Shown: positions 27,358 to 37,037 of the stretch, piece by piece
How the letters are laid out: each line of letters opens with the position of its first letter
How positions within the stretch are numbered: the stretch's first letter is position 1
IMG/VR virus record: IMGVR_UViG_3300027619_000001
From: a virus
DNA: 64,000 nucleotides
Strand: one strand, 5' to 3'
Notes under the pieces: generated by a model
What the model was told of the DNA's origin: nothing
The model's database searches: none
What the model saw: the letters and a program-made list of their open reading frames with translations, nothing else
Program-made: the position numbers and the translations under genes

Positions 27358-27404
27358 CGTTTCCTCCGTCCCGCTCTCTCCCGCTTGTCAGCCATCACGC
27401 CCCC

Positions 27405-27566
27405 TCAACGATTCTGTAGTGTTTTCCAACTATCCGCGTACACTCGCTGGTGCAGTTCCCAGTACAGATGCCATCCGACCGAACGCACAAACGAGTTAGT
27501 CTCCGCTTGAATCTCGCGCTCCAGTTTCTCAAGCGTCTCTTTTGTCGGCGTCTTGTTCTCAGCCAC
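27405..27566 (-). CDS. Small hypothetical protein
   Basis: GTG 27566 overlaps the upstream stop. The track alternative starts at 27635. Confidence 0.3.
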   Translation of the reverse strand: MAENKTPTKETLEKLEREIQAETNSFVRSVGWHLYWELHQRVYADSWKTLQNR

Positions 27567-27882
27567 GGTCAGCCTCCCCGCCAGATTCCCGTGTAACAGA
27601 TTCCACGGCGTAACGCAGTTGCAAGGGCGGTTCACCGGGCTTGCTCAACTTCAAATGAAGCCCGCGATAGATTTTCTTTTGCAGCACTTTGCGGCCTCGC
27701 CAAAGCCAGCCCTGAAACGGCGTGGCATCCTGAATCACATTCGTGCGCTCATCGACGAACAGAACCAAGAAGTCCTGCCCTAAATCCTCCAACTCAACTC
27801 TCAACATTGCTTCCTCCCTGTCATGCCAAGAATGAATACGTGCGGGCCAACTCTCCTTGGCCTTGAAGTGCGCCTTATGCAT
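27559..27882 (-). CDS. Hypothetical protein
   Basis: 107-aa ORF following a 156-nt gap. Confidence 0.4.
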   Translation of the reverse strand: MHKAHFKAKESWPARIHSWHDREEAMLRVELEDLGQDFLVLFVDERTNVIQDATPFQGWLWRGRKVLQKKIYRGLHLKLSKPGEPPLQLRYAVESVTRESGGEADRG

Positions 27883-28038
27883 TTAGGCACTCATGTCAGT
27901 CTCTCGAACCAACCTTCTTTTCTAGCGTCCTAGACTGTCCGGTTGCGAAGCCGATTACTGGATATATCGACTCCTTGTTCTACGTTCCGCGTGAACGCCG
28001 CCGCACGTAACTTGTGTCATTGCCCCTGCCTCCGCCAA

Positions 28039-28251
28039 TCATTCCGTCCACGTAACCTTGAAGTACTCAGTGCTCAACGAGTCCGTGCGGAACGGTCCAT
28101 CTGTGTGCTCATCGTCAATGGGCCGTCCGACTTCGACGCTGATCCCTGTCGCCTCTTTCGCCTCGGCCATGAATCGCTCCGCATCCTCTTGCGAGAAGTC
28201 ACTTGCTTCAATATCCAGCGTGATAACAATCTTCATTTGCGCCTCCGCCAA
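28039..28251 (-). CDS. Small acidic protein
   Basis: 70-aa ORF. Confidence 0.4.
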   Translation of the reverse strand: MAEAQMKIVITLDIEASDFSQEDAERFMAEAKEATGISVEVGRPIDDEHTDGPFRTDSLSTEYFKVTWTE

Positions 28252-28264
28252 TCAAGGAGCCAAA

Positions 28265-28669
28265 CTACGGTCTCAGCAGCACGTCTTCTTTGCCGAGCGG
28301 TTGCGTCCACTTCCAACCCTTCGTCGTCGTCACAATGCGGTCGTATCCGTTGCACTCCATGTTCGACAACAGAATGGATTCCCTAGGATCGTTGCGGGCC
28401 TTAACTTCCGCCAGCGTCTCTACTTTGCAGTGCGGCAAGTAGTAAGTCGGACTTATCTTCGTCCGGCGCGAGTCCAGATCGTTTGGCCCACGAGAGCGGG
28501 TGGTGAAGTAAAAGGCGTAGGGGACGGCATTGTATCTCTCGGTGATTTTCGCCGCCATCTTCCGCGCTTTCTTCACGTCCCATGAATCAATTGGCTTAGT
28601 GCTGTCTTCCGCCATGAAAGTACCCGGCGAAAGAAACGTAACAAAATGCGCTTCAACATTTTTACTCAT
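28265..28669 (-). CDS. Hypothetical protein
   Basis: 134-aa ORF with coupled start. Confidence 0.5.
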   Translation of the reverse strand: MSKNVEAHFVTFLSPGTFMAEDSTKPIDSWDVKKARKMAAKITERYNAVPYAFYFTTRSRGPNDLDSRRTKISPTYYLPHCKVETLAEVKARNDPRESILLSNMECNGYDRIVTTTKGWKWTQPLGKEDVLLRP

Positions 28670-28968
28670 TTGATCTCCTTCTCTATCCTCTCAGCCAGTT
28701 CCCGCAACGCCTCAGCCCGAACTCTTCCATCTAGCGACGCCTTGGAATCATATGCGGCTTGTTTGGCATCAGCTAACTCCCTGATCTCCCTTACCAGCCT
28801 CTGCTGCTCGGCGCGATGAAAGTCGGCCATTGCGCGCACAAGGTCCAAACGCGTGCCATTTAGATCGTAATCGCAAGGGCCTCCCATGACCCCGCTATAA
28901 AACGGCGCGAGCGCTTTCGCAGCACGAGATTTGAGTGTGTCCGGCTTAGTCATAACTGGCCTTCCCAA
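28666..28968 (-). CDS. Hypothetical helical protein
   Basis: 100-aa ORF. Confidence 0.45.
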   Translation of the reverse strand: MGRPVMTKPDTLKSRAAKALAPFYSGVMGGPCDYDLNGTRLDLVRAMADFHRAEQQRLVREIRELADAKQAAYDSKASLDGRVRAEALRELAERIEKEIK

Positions 28969-29105
28969 TCCTCTTCCGGCTCGTCATAAATGCCGTCCGC
29001 CTCTCGCTCTGCCTCATGCATATCCCAGCCCGCACAAATCAGGCGATGCACAAATTGTTCGCGCGATAATCCTATGTCTGGCGTTGTGTCCGGCTTGGTG
29101 GTCAT
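28950..29105 (-). CDS. Small acidic protein
   Basis: Met MTTKPDT at 29105, just after the upstream stop. Confidence 0.35.
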   Translation of the reverse strand: MTTKPDTTPDIGLSREQFVHRLICAGWDMHEAEREADGIYDEPEEDWEGQL

Positions 29106-29106
29106 C

Positions 29107-29271
29107 TCAGACTCGCCCTTCAATCGAATCCTCAACCGTAAACTGATAAATCTTCCGCACAGAACCGCCGCACTTTGGGCAACGCCAATGCAGGTGCGCT
29201 ACGGCTCGTCTGCCGCGCCATCCACAATGGTCGCATCCGCACTTGCAGCTTGCTTTACGAGTCCCGGTCAT
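29107..29271 (-). CDS. Zinc-ribbon protein
   Basis: RBS aaggag before Met 29271. CKCGCDHCG...CPKCGG. Confidence 0.45.
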   Translation of the reverse strand: MTGTRKASCKCGCDHCGWRGRRAVAHLHWRCPKCGGSVRKIYQFTVEDSIEGRV

Positions 29272-29518
29272 CCTCAACTCCTTCGTCCAGATCGTAATTC
29301 GCAAATGGCACGCAAAATTCTTCGCCAACCACAGCCACGAAAGGCCCGTCAACCATTCGCCCACAAAAATCACACTGCGACTGTTCGCTCGTTTGTTGCG
29401 ACAAATCCAAACGGCGTTCGATCATGGGATGCTGCTCAATATCCCGCACGTTTGCTTCGCAGCACAAGTACTTCTCCGGTATCTCCTCTATCGGTTTACG
29501 GCGTGCCCGGACGATCAT
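29255..29518 (-). CDS. Cys-containing hypothetical protein
   Basis: Internal Met MIVRARR chosen over the track start. Confidence 0.4.
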   Translation of the reverse strand: MIVRARRKPIEEIPEKYLCCEANVRDIEQHPMIERRLDLSQQTSEQSQCDFCGRMVDGPFVAVVGEEFCVPFANYDLDEGVEDDRDS

Positions 29519-29525
29519 CGCCGCC

Positions 29526-29927
29526 TCACTTTTGCATCCGCGTTGCTTCCATGATCGGAATATTGGCTTCTGTGGGCACGTAGATGGTGGCGCTTTTGTC
29601 ATGGCGATCTTCCATCATCTTGATCCATTGCCACTTGAGGTAAAGATCATGCTCGGTAAGTTGCTGGCCGATTTCCTGAATTTGCAATGCCACAGCCTGA
29701 GCTTCTATGACCGCCGCCTTCTTGTTCAGGTCCGCAGCGTCCAGCCGGGACTGCGCTTGGGCAATCTGAATCTGCTGCTCGTTTTTGGCCCGCGTTAAGT
29801 CTGCGAGTCCGTCCTGATGACTGGCCCATACCTTCCACTTCGGATAACCGACCAAAATCCAGAACAGAAGTATCGCTGCCGCAACGCAACCCCAAAAGAT
29901 CACCGGAGTCCAATTAAACGTGTCCAT
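29526..29927 (-). CDS. Membrane-anchored coiled-coil protein (weak band-7/SPFH C-terminal likeness)
   Basis: TM VIFWGCVAAAILLFWILV, then QQIQIAQAQSRLDAADLNKKAAVIEAQAVALQIQ. Confidence 0.45.
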   Translation of the reverse strand: MDTFNWTPVIFWGCVAAAILLFWILVGYPKWKVWASHQDGLADLTRAKNEQQIQIAQAQSRLDAADLNKKAAVIEAQAVALQIQEIGQQLTEHDLYLKWQWIKMMEDRHDKSATIYVPTEANIPIMEATRMQK

Positions 29928-30018
29928 TGAATCACTCTTTTCTCCCAAGGACTTACAGGCTTGGGGCCATTTCCCGCTGCAAGGGCTTGGAGTCTGCGCT
30001 ACCGCTTGCCGATGTCAT

Positions 30019-31743
30019 TCAAAACTGTATCGGCGCGGGCATTTTGTCTACGCTCTTGAACGACCCCCACCACCACTTCGCGATAAAACCCTTCGCCCGC
30101 ATCTTCGGCAGAGCCCACTCGCAATTCTGATCGATCAACCAGGTCTCGGCCCAATCCGTTTCGCTTCTCACCGGTCGCCCGCTCATCTGAATAAGCGTCT
30201 GCGCCACCTGGTACAGGTCATAGTCCGGATCTTTGGCCTTGCGCGCCTTCACCAGAGAATCGGTCACAGAGGCGAAAGGCAACTTGCACAGAATCTGAAA
30301 CCTGCACAAATCGTGCGGGAAGTCGTATCCCGTATCGAGACTTGGGCTCAGAAGCAGAACGGCCTTGTTTGAGTCCTTGAATCCAGCCACAACTTCCGCT
30401 TTGTCGTACTTTCCGTGAATCATCATGCGATTTCGGTGGATGGAGTTGTCGAAAATGAATCTTGCTCTTTTGTACGACACGCAATGCGCGATCCCCTTCC
30501 AGCCCTCGTCCAGTCTCGATCCTGCGATACGGTCGAACACCTCCAGCCACTCCCGCATCAGTTCGTCGTTCTGTTCGTTGATGTATGTCATGCGAATCGA
30601 CGGGACATGGATGACCGGGCGGCGAGCAACGGGAAACGTACTCGGGTACTCCACAAATTCCATATCCGCGGGATCTATACCCAACATGGTGGCGGTCTTG
30701 GGACGGACTGTCGCCGATACCAGCACAATCTTCTCTATCCCCCGGAACAACGCCTGCTCCGCGTACCTCGCCGGCGACAGTGGATCAAACCGCACGCTGG
30801 CCATCCCGTCCGACTCGCTGACGATCCACTCGTCGTCGGTACGCATCGCGGCCAAGCGTTCCAACTTCCGTTTGAGATCGCGCAAATTCTTGAGTTCCCG
30901 CGACCAGCCACGGGTGCCACCACCACTGCCATCCGATCGCAGCCGCTTCTCCTGGTCCTTGACTCTCTCACTCACGCCCTCCAACTCCCCCTCCTGCGCC
31001 CACAACTTCCACTCCTCCACCGTCCATCCGCTGTCCGGCCACTGGATATGGAGCTGGAGACATTCTTTGCGTGAGAGATCGACACCGACGAACAACCCGA
31101 GAGCGTCTTCCGCTTTTTGCGCCTCGTCGCAGAACAGTATCTTCACCGGGCGATCCACACCCGCTTCCACCCCGAATTGCAGGTTTCCGCGTTCCTCGGA
31201 ATTCTTGATGCCGTCAAAAAGCCAGCAGGCATAGTTGGTCACGATCATATCCGCGCGTTGTGCGGTACGGTAATCGTCGTAATATCCGCACCCCGCTCCC
31301 GCTGTGGATTTAAGTCTGCATTTATATCCGCACTGGCATGGCGCGTCGGTAACTGTCGTACCCGCTGGTATTCCCAACTGTGCCGCGATGGGACAGGGAT
31401 AGTTATTCATGCCGCGAATGTCGTTGATTACATTTCGCAGGTCTCCGACATATTGATCCTCCAGTCCCTTCGTCATCGTCAGAACCGCCGATCTCCTGCC
31501 CGACATCAACGACGCGCCCGCCACAGCCAAAGTTTTCCCGAATCCCGGAGGCGCGCACAGAATAAATACCCGGCGCTCACTGGCGATGATCCGATGGATG
31601 GCATTTAATTGTGGATCGCGCCAGTTTGGGAACTTATCTCCATCCAGTCCATACTCGCACGGCGGCAGGACATCGGCATCCAGATTGATACCGGACACTG
31701 GCACAGGCGCGAGTCCATTCGGGTTAAGATTCAACGCGGCCAT
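30019..31743 (-). CDS. XPD/DinG (Rad3)-family helicase with Fe-S-cluster Cys motif
   Basis: Walker A CAPPGFGKT. Four Cys (YPCP...APCQCGYKC...GCGYY) lie between motifs I and II. Walker B ILFCDEAQ. Helicase_C_2-like VLLLSPSLDTGYDFPHDLCRFQILCKLPF. Confidence 0.7.
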   Translation of the reverse strand: MAALNLNPNGLAPVPVSGINLDADVLPPCEYGLDGDKFPNWRDPQLNAIHRIIASERRVFILCAPPGFGKTLAVAGASLMSGRRSAVLTMTKGLEDQYVGDLRNVINDIRGMNNYPCPIAAQLGIPAGTTVTDAPCQCGYKCRLKSTAGAGCGYYDDYRTAQRADMIVTNYACWLFDGIKNSEERGNLQFGVEAGVDRPVKILFCDEAQKAEDALGLFVGVDLSRKECLQLHIQWPDSGWTVEEWKLWAQEGELEGVSERVKDQEKRLRSDGSGGGTRGWSRELKNLRDLKRKLERLAAMRTDDEWIVSESDGMASVRFDPLSPARYAEQALFRGIEKIVLVSATVRPKTATMLGIDPADMEFVEYPSTFPVARRPVIHVPSIRMTYINEQNDELMREWLEVFDRIAGSRLDEGWKGIAHCVSYKRARFIFDNSIHRNRMMIHGKYDKAEVVAGFKDSNKAVLLLSPSLDTGYDFPHDLCRFQILCKLPFASVTDSLVKARKAKDPDYDLYQVAQTLIQMSGRPVRSETDWAETWLIDQNCEWALPKMRAKGFIAKWWWGSFKSVDKMPAPIQF

Positions 31744-32366
31744 CACTGTCCTTGTGCCTCCCGCCGTTCCTCATCCATATCTTCAATCCACAACTCGAAC
31801 GGTTGCAACTTTGGATCATCCGTGCAGTGCCAGCGCCACCTGAATCCATCGTCGGGATATGAGTGCCGGACGAAATCGGAATCTATACGCTCCCCGCTCA
31901 TGTACATCCCCGGCAACTTCACGCCATCCGGCGTGAGTTTCTGCCACTCGTTTACCGGGTAGTCCACTTTGGTGCTGCACGATACGCCCGACCACAGTTC
32001 GTGATTGATCGCTCCCGGTTTATATCCGCCCCCGGTTTCGTCCAGATGGCATGTGCATTGCTTCGGTCCTTTACCTTTGCCGGGGATGCGCCAAATGACT
32101 TTCCAGCGGCGCATGCCCATGTTAGACGCTTGAGCCTGTACCCCACACAACCTCGACCACGGGTGCATGCCGCACCAAGCATCGCCGCCAACGCCGCCGC
32201 CAAACGTCACAATCGACCACAACGCGAACAATGCGAGTACCGCTCCTTTTGCGCCGGATCGTTCGGGGATTGGCAGGCGCTCGATCCAGTTCAGGCGGGT
32301 GAGCAGCCGATTGATCCCGGACGCATACGTTGATGCCAGCCCATTCGGGTTGAGATTGAGAGCCAC
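31743..32366 (-). CDS. Hypothetical protein with ALNLNPNGLA N-terminal tag and one hydrophobic segment
   Basis: GTG start. Residues 2-19 parallel the helicase N-terminus. Confidence 0.5.
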   Translation of the reverse strand: MALNLNPNGLASTYASGINRLLTRLNWIERLPIPERSGAKGAVLALFALWSIVTFGGGVGGDAWCGMHPWSRLCGVQAQASNMGMRRWKVIWRIPGKGKGPKQCTCHLDETGGGYKPGAINHELWSGVSCSTKVDYPVNEWQKLTPDGVKLPGMYMSGERIDSDFVRHSYPDDGFRWRWHCTDDPKLQPFELWIEDMDEERREAQGQ

Positions 32367-32372
32367 AGGAGG

Positions 32373-32657
32373 TTACAGGCCACGTTTGCCGCGCGGGTAC
32401 ATCGTCCCACCGATTACGACATAATCCGGGTCTTCTTTCGGAGCCACCACACCACCATCGCCGCTGTATTTGTCTCCTTCTTTGTACATACCGATACGAG
32501 TAACTACAAAGAAGCGATCCTCCAGACCCTGCCGCATGATTCCCATCCTCGTAACGGCTTCGGCATTCTGATAGGTCTTGTTGCCATCCACCCACAAAAC
32601 GTTTCCATTGTTGGTGCTGACACAAACTGCGTCGTACATTTCTTCTTTCGTCTTCAC
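32373..32657 (-). CDS. Small hypothetical protein
   Basis: 94-aa ORF. Confidence 0.45.
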   Translation of the reverse strand: MKTKEEMYDAVCVSTNNGNVLWVDGNKTYQNAEAVTRMGIMRQGLEDRFFVVTRIGMYKEGDKYSGDGGVVAPKEDPDYVVIGGTMYPRGKRGL

Positions 32658-33196
32658 TTTTTCACCTCTGATTTAGTTGACGCTGCCGCTGCCGCCGCCG
32701 GGCACCCCGCCTGTCCGTTCGCTCCCGTGACCATCTTTGACTGCTCACAAAACCTCACCGGCTGTGATCCCAGATCGCATTGCACACCACTCGGCCACTT
32801 ATGCTCCAATTTCACGCTCTCGCACTCAGCCCGCAACACCCCCACTGTCCGTTGGAACTCCCCATACTGCGGGAGTTGCTGAGACGCTGACATGTACGAC
32901 GATTGCGCGAGTTGAGCTTTCAACTGTGCGTTCTCCAGACGCAATGTCTCCGTCTCGGTCGGCGTGTACTCCGGTGCGGGCTCATGTACAACTGTCGTGG
33001 GAGTGGCAACCGCACCAGTGGACGCGGATGGGGGATTGGAGGATGCGCCCGCCGATTGGCTCTTCGATTGCCCACGCCCATCGCCAACCAGTACCACTCC
33101 CACGATGACGATAGCGGAGACGGCTACTGCTGTCACCCTCCACCAAGTTCGATGCCGCGATAGATCGTTACGAAGTTGATTGCGAAGTCGATTCAC
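32654..33196 (-). CDS. Membrane-anchored protein
   Basis: TM WRVTAVAVSAIVIVGVVLV. Coiled LRLENAQLKAQLAQ. Confidence 0.5.
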   Translation of the reverse strand: MNRLRNQLRNDLSRHRTWWRVTAVAVSAIVIVGVVLVGDGRGQSKSQSAGASSNPPSASTGAVATPTTVVHEPAPEYTPTETETLRLENAQLKAQLAQSSYMSASQQLPQYGEFQRTVGVLRAECESVKLEHKWPSGVQCDLGSQPVRFCEQSKMVTGANGQAGCPAAAAAASTKSEVKK

Positions 33197-33507
33197 TGTT
33201 GACTCCTTTCGTTTGAGTACCTCAATTCACTGATTGCCCGCAGGATGAGATTCATCGCGCTCTTGTATGAATCGGTAAATGGTGCAGCGGCGGTTTCGGC
33301 GGCGGCGAGCGCATCGGCTCTGCCTTTTTCCCAAGCAATCTCCGCAGGGTCCGGTTCTGGGACAAACGGGAGTGCGCTGCTCGGCACGTCATGGCATTCT
33401 CCGTTTTTATGGCACACTTCACACTGGCCTCGTGACACGCCCATAAACGGGTAACTCAAACTGGTTGGCCAATCATTCTTTACCCGGCACTCTTCACAGA
33501 AAAACAT
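33193..33507 (-). CDS. Zinc-binding small protein
   Basis: CEEC...CEVCHKNGEC. Confidence 0.5.
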   Translation of the reverse strand: MFFCEECRVKNDWPTSLSYPFMGVSRGQCEVCHKNGECHDVPSSALPFVPEPDPAEIAWEKGRADALAAAETAAAPFTDSYKSAMNLILRAISELRYSNERSQQ

Positions 33508-33652
33508 ACCTGTCTCCCACTGTCCCCGTCATGCATTCCGTTCCGCCCGTTTCGCGGTTGTGTGTCAGATGGCACGATCGCAAATTGGTGTCGGTCTATA
33601 GCCCGGCCAGCCAACCCACCTGCGTAAATGACACGCCCTGTGTGTGCGAACA

Positions 33653-33940
33653 CTAACGGGCGGGACGCGATGCACCATCCCAAGCATTGATAGCCTCACG
33701 TACTCGGCCTGCATCTCGTTCTGCTTCCTCTTCCGTGTACCACTCCACGCCCACGAACGGATAGCCATTTATCCAAACGATGGCTTGGTATACCGCTTTT
33801 GCCCACGGAGACTTGTGGCTATTTACGTTGACACTTATCTTGCTGGGTCGATCTTCCAGCATGTCGTATACGAATCGGGCACCCTCGGAGGATTGTATTG
33901 GCTTCTTCATAACTGTACCGATATCGGTCACTGTGTCCAA
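33653..33940 (-). CDS. Hypothetical protein (start uncertain)
   Basis: Candidate starts are TTG 33940, GTG 33931 and ATG 33910. Confidence 0.4.
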   Translation of the reverse strand: MDTVTDIGTVMKKPIQSSEGARFVYDMLEDRPSKISVNVNSHKSPWAKAVYQAIVWINGYPFVGVEWYTEEEAERDAGRVREAINAWDGASRPAR

Positions 33941-34548
33941 TTCACCAGACTGTTTCGCGTAAAATAATCCTCCCGCCCATGCACGCCCGATCCGACAATC
34001 CGCAGAAATTGCCGATTGAAATTCTCCTTCACCGGTAAACTCTCGTGCGGAGTCAGTATTCCGATCTCATGCACGTCCCCGGCGCGCATCAGGGTGGCAG
34101 TATCGTAAGGGTACTGTTCAGCCAAGTGGCCGATGTCGCCGTCGATGGTTGTCTCTTCCTGTTCGGCATCCCACACCACGCAACTGCCATCGAGATTGTT
34201 GGCCAGTAGGATACGCACGTCCCGGTCGAGCGTCACACGATGCGGCAGTCGTCCCCACCCACCCCCACCCCAGCAGTAAATTTTATTCGGGTCGCGGCCC
34301 GCTTCGGTATGCAAGGCACGGCCAAACTTCGCTCTCACTCCCCGGTGAGGCGTACCTGCCATAACTGGCGATTCGTCAATGGTCAGGAATCCGATGTCAT
34401 CCTTCGATATAAATACCGACCCGACGATATCCCTGTAGGCCGCGTACTCGTCCGGTACCGACTCCGGCTCACCCTGCACATACGGCATCATCAGACATCG
34501 GACGCCCGAGTATTCAGGAAACGCTATATGCTGCGTTGCTATCGTCAT
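33928..34548 (-). CDS. Hypothetical protein
   Basis: 206-aa ORF with no motif recognised. Confidence 0.5.
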   Translation of the reverse strand: MTIATQHIAFPEYSGVRCLMMPYVQGEPESVPDEYAAYRDIVGSVFISKDDIGFLTIDESPVMAGTPHRGVRAKFGRALHTEAGRDPNKIYCWGGGGWGRLPHRVTLDRDVRILLANNLDGSCVVWDAEQEETTIDGDIGHLAEQYPYDTATLMRAGDVHEIGILTPHESLPVKENFNRQFLRIVGSGVHGREDYFTRNSLVNWTQ

Positions 34549-34730
34549 TGTGTTGTTCCTCTTTGTCCAACCACTCTCACGCTCAACTCCGCCAGCGCCA
34601 ACATACCCTCAATACTCACCAGACATCTCCACTTGCCGCTCTCCTCACACCATCCCGGATCGCCGATCAGATACACACCCGGACGAATCTCCTTGCCATC
34701 CAACCCGGTCAGGCTATCCACAGTAATCAT
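34545..34730 (-). CDS. Small hypothetical protein
   Basis: ATGA coupling at 34730. Confidence 0.4.
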   Translation of the reverse strand: MITVDSLTGLDGKEIRPGVYLIGDPGWCEESGKWRCLVSIEGMLALAELSVRVVGQRGTTQ

Positions 34731-34945
34731 TTTGGCTTTGAGCCTCTCCAAGCAAACGCCACCAGAACCGAAAACTGAACCACGCCGCATACCACGGCTA
34801 TCGTCACAATCTCAACCACACGCGAATGCGTAAAGAGGTACACCACGACTCCCGCCGTGGCCAAACACGCCGTTGCCGTCACATAAGCCACGATCGATGC
34901 CAGCCACGTTGTTGGCTTTATCGCGGCAATAATATCCAAAGTCAT
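34727..34945 (-). CDS. Two-helix membrane protein
   Basis: WLASIVAYVTATACLATAGVVVYLF and IVTIAVVCGVVQFSVLVAFAW. Confidence 0.5.
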   Translation of the reverse strand: MTLDIIAAIKPTTWLASIVAYVTATACLATAGVVVYLFTHSRVVEIVTIAVVCGVVQFSVLVAFAWRGSKPK

Positions 34946-35280
34946 GACGTAATCGTCCCCGCGCCCACCACATACTCCTCCGGCACGTCGATCTCGAACT
35001 CGAACGGCTGCGCGACCAAGCGGCAGTCAACCATTTGGCCCCTGAAATCCTGCCGTCCCGTAAACACGGCATCGTCGAAATAGCCGATGAATCGTTGCGC
35101 TAAATCCGGCATCTGTGCAAAAAACGCTCGACCTATCGGATGCATGCGCGTCTCTCCCACCGCCCACTTCCAACCGGTCGCCCTCCACATCGCCAACGCC
35201 ACCGGACACTTCCAGCAATCGCCCCGGATGCCGTTGTCGATATCGGATTCGGTCACGGTAACTTTCACTTTGACGATCAC
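34942..35280 (-). CDS. Hypothetical protein
   Basis: 112-aa ORF, coupled. Confidence 0.45.
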   Translation of the reverse strand: MIVKVKVTVTESDIDNGIRGDCWKCPVALAMWRATGWKWAVGETRMHPIGRAFFAQMPDLAQRFIGYFDDAVFTGRQDFRGQMVDCRLVAQPFEFEIDVPEEYVVGAGTITS

Positions 35281-35510
35281 GCCCCGTCCTCCAATCCGGC
35301 GTCCAGTTTAGCGTTCAACCTGTCCGTTACCTCTTTTGCTTCCTTCCAGCCGACATTGCTGCAAATCGTCACAGTCACCGCCACATCCTCGGCGTGCTTA
35401 CCTAAACTATTCACCACCTGCGCCATCTCTTCCGGTGTGTCGCATGCGATCCTGAATTCGGTACCGATGCCCGAGAGCACGAATCTGTGGAAGTCCTGTA
35501 GATGGATCAC
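35277..35510 (-). CDS. Small hypothetical protein
   Basis: 77-aa ORF, coupled. Confidence 0.45.
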   Translation of the reverse strand: MIHLQDFHRFVLSGIGTEFRIACDTPEEMAQVVNSLGKHAEDVAVTVTICSNVGWKEAKEVTDRLNAKLDAGLEDGA

Positions 35511-35722
35511 CGTCCGATCTCCAATCCGGTAATCTGCCTGATCTGATCATCGGTCAGCGTATCCATCCACCGCTTGAATTGTTCTGCACTCGGCAGAGTA
35601 CGCTGTCCAGCCAGTTTGTCGGCAATCTGCTCCAACCTCAACACCAAATCCTCCCCCGCGTCCTCACCGTATCGATAAATCAACCTATCCCGCAACCAGA
35701 GTAAAAATTCCCGGTCATTCAT
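35507..35722 (-). CDS. Small hypothetical protein
   Basis: Met MNDREF at 35722, just after the ParB-like gene's stop. Confidence 0.4.
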   Translation of the reverse strand: MNDREFLLWLRDRLIYRYGEDAGEDLVLRLEQIADKLAGQRTLPSAEQFKRWMDTLTDDQIRQITGLEIGR

Positions 35723-35726
35723 GTGG

Positions 35727-36518
35727 TTATCTCGCTCCCCCCAACAGCATCGCCAGCCAGTCCACCACCTCATCCGGCACATCCATCTCTTTGCCATTCA
35801 CCGTCATCCGGCCGCTCTCCACCGCAGCCTTGAGACTATGTCGCAACGTCACCCGGCCAGCGCCATTGCCATTGCCATTGCGGGGCACTTTTATCCTACC
35901 CGTACCATTCTCCCTCACTGCCTTTGCCTGCTGCTCCTGCGACAACTTCGCTATCGCCGCCGCCGCCGACCCTTTTAGTCTTCCATCCCGCCACGCTTTC
36001 TCCGCCTCGGGACTTAGGTTGACTAATGCCGCGCGTTTCTTCACCCACTTCAATCCCTCTTTCAACTTTTCATCCCGCGCTCCGGGAAAGTACACCCCTG
36101 CGACCTGCTCCTCGGTCATGGCGTATACCTTCATTAAGCGCTTGATATTGTGGGCGTCGTCCAGTTCAGTCGTGGAGTTGCGGACGCGATTCTCACTGAT
36201 CGCCGCCAGAAACCCCTCGTGCTCGTTAGCTTGAGTATAAGTGCAGCGGAGTTGCAGTGGCGTGTCCATCAACTTCCGCCGGTTGATTTCGCTTACCGCC
36301 CGATACCTACTGAACCCCGCGCACAGTACTGCCTTGCCACCGTCGTTGCGGATCACCACGGGCGTATGCTGGCCGTTGACGAGAATATCTTGGATCAACG
36401 GCTCGATATCGGGGAGATCGTGCCGCCCGTTCAACTTGGGGTTGATGACGATGTCCTGGGGGAACGCGCGATACTCGCTCGTCCTGCTGATGGATTTCGA
36501 TGTGAATTGAACGGCCAT
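35727..36518 (-). CDS. ParB-like nuclease-domain (ParB/sulfiredoxin fold) protein
   Basis: IEPLIQDILVNGQHTPVVIRNDGGKAVLCAGFSRYRAVSEI matches the ParB N-terminal box pattern. Confidence 0.6.
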   Translation of the reverse strand: MAVQFTSKSISRTSEYRAFPQDIVINPKLNGRHDLPDIEPLIQDILVNGQHTPVVIRNDGGKAVLCAGFSRYRAVSEINRRKLMDTPLQLRCTYTQANEHEGFLAAISENRVRNSTTELDDAHNIKRLMKVYAMTEEQVAGVYFPGARDEKLKEGLKWVKKRAALVNLSPEAEKAWRDGRLKGSAAAAIAKLSQEQQAKAVRENGTGRIKVPRNGNGNGAGRVTLRHSLKAAVESGRMTVNGKEMDVPDEVVDWLAMLLGGAR

Positions 36519-36719
36519 CTATCGTCCCGCTTTCCGTTTGTTAAACTCCGGTTCCACGTCATCCCACTCTGGGCCGATCCCCTCGTTCAGAATCCCGCAA
36601 ATGATATCGGCATCCTTGCGAGCGTAGATCAGATCGTATTCCAGTCCCCCTCCGATCACCGACACGCCGAACGGTCGATTGCCCGTTACCCGATACTTGA
36701 CTTTTGACTTGATTGCCAT
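36519..36719 (-). CDS. Small hypothetical protein
   Basis: 66-aa ORF abutting the ParB-like gene. Confidence 0.4.
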   Translation of the reverse strand: MAIKSKVKYRVTGNRPFGVSVIGGGLEYDLIYARKDADIICGILNEGIGPEWDDVEPEFNKRKAGR

Positions 36720-36779
36720 ATCGCTACCCTCTGTATGACAGATGATTCCTCGCCTGCGCCAGCACTTCGGTGAAAACTG

Positions 36780-37037
36780 TCATTCACTCCACTCGTACCA
36801 CTCAGCGCACGGGAGATCAAGTACGCGATCCGGCGCAGGCAGCCGCTTGACCTGAGCGCCAGTCATGGGCGCGTTTCCTTTTTCATCGCGTTCATACGCG
36901 CCTCCGCAGACATAACCTTTTCCGCCCGCTGCCAGTTCGCGCGCCGATTCTTCATCTTTAGCTACAACAAGCAACAAACTGTTGCCATAACTGACGGCGT
37001 ATGGATTGGTCCATACGAACATTTTCATTTTGGTCAT
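36780..37037 (-). CDS. Small hypothetical protein
   Basis: ATGA coupling at 37037. Confidence 0.4.
   Translation of the reverse strand: MTKMKMFVWTNPYAVSYGNSLLLVVAKDEESARELAAGGKGYVCGGAYERDEKGNAPMTGAQVKRLPAPDRVLDLPCAEWYEWSE

Noticed and set aside
33480-33653. 57-aa GTG-initiated ORF filling the gap between 33653..33940 and 33193..33507.
   Set aside because: It has a TAGTG overlap but an odd Gly/Arg-rich composition, a 28-nt overlap with the next gene and no RBS. It is too uncertain to call.
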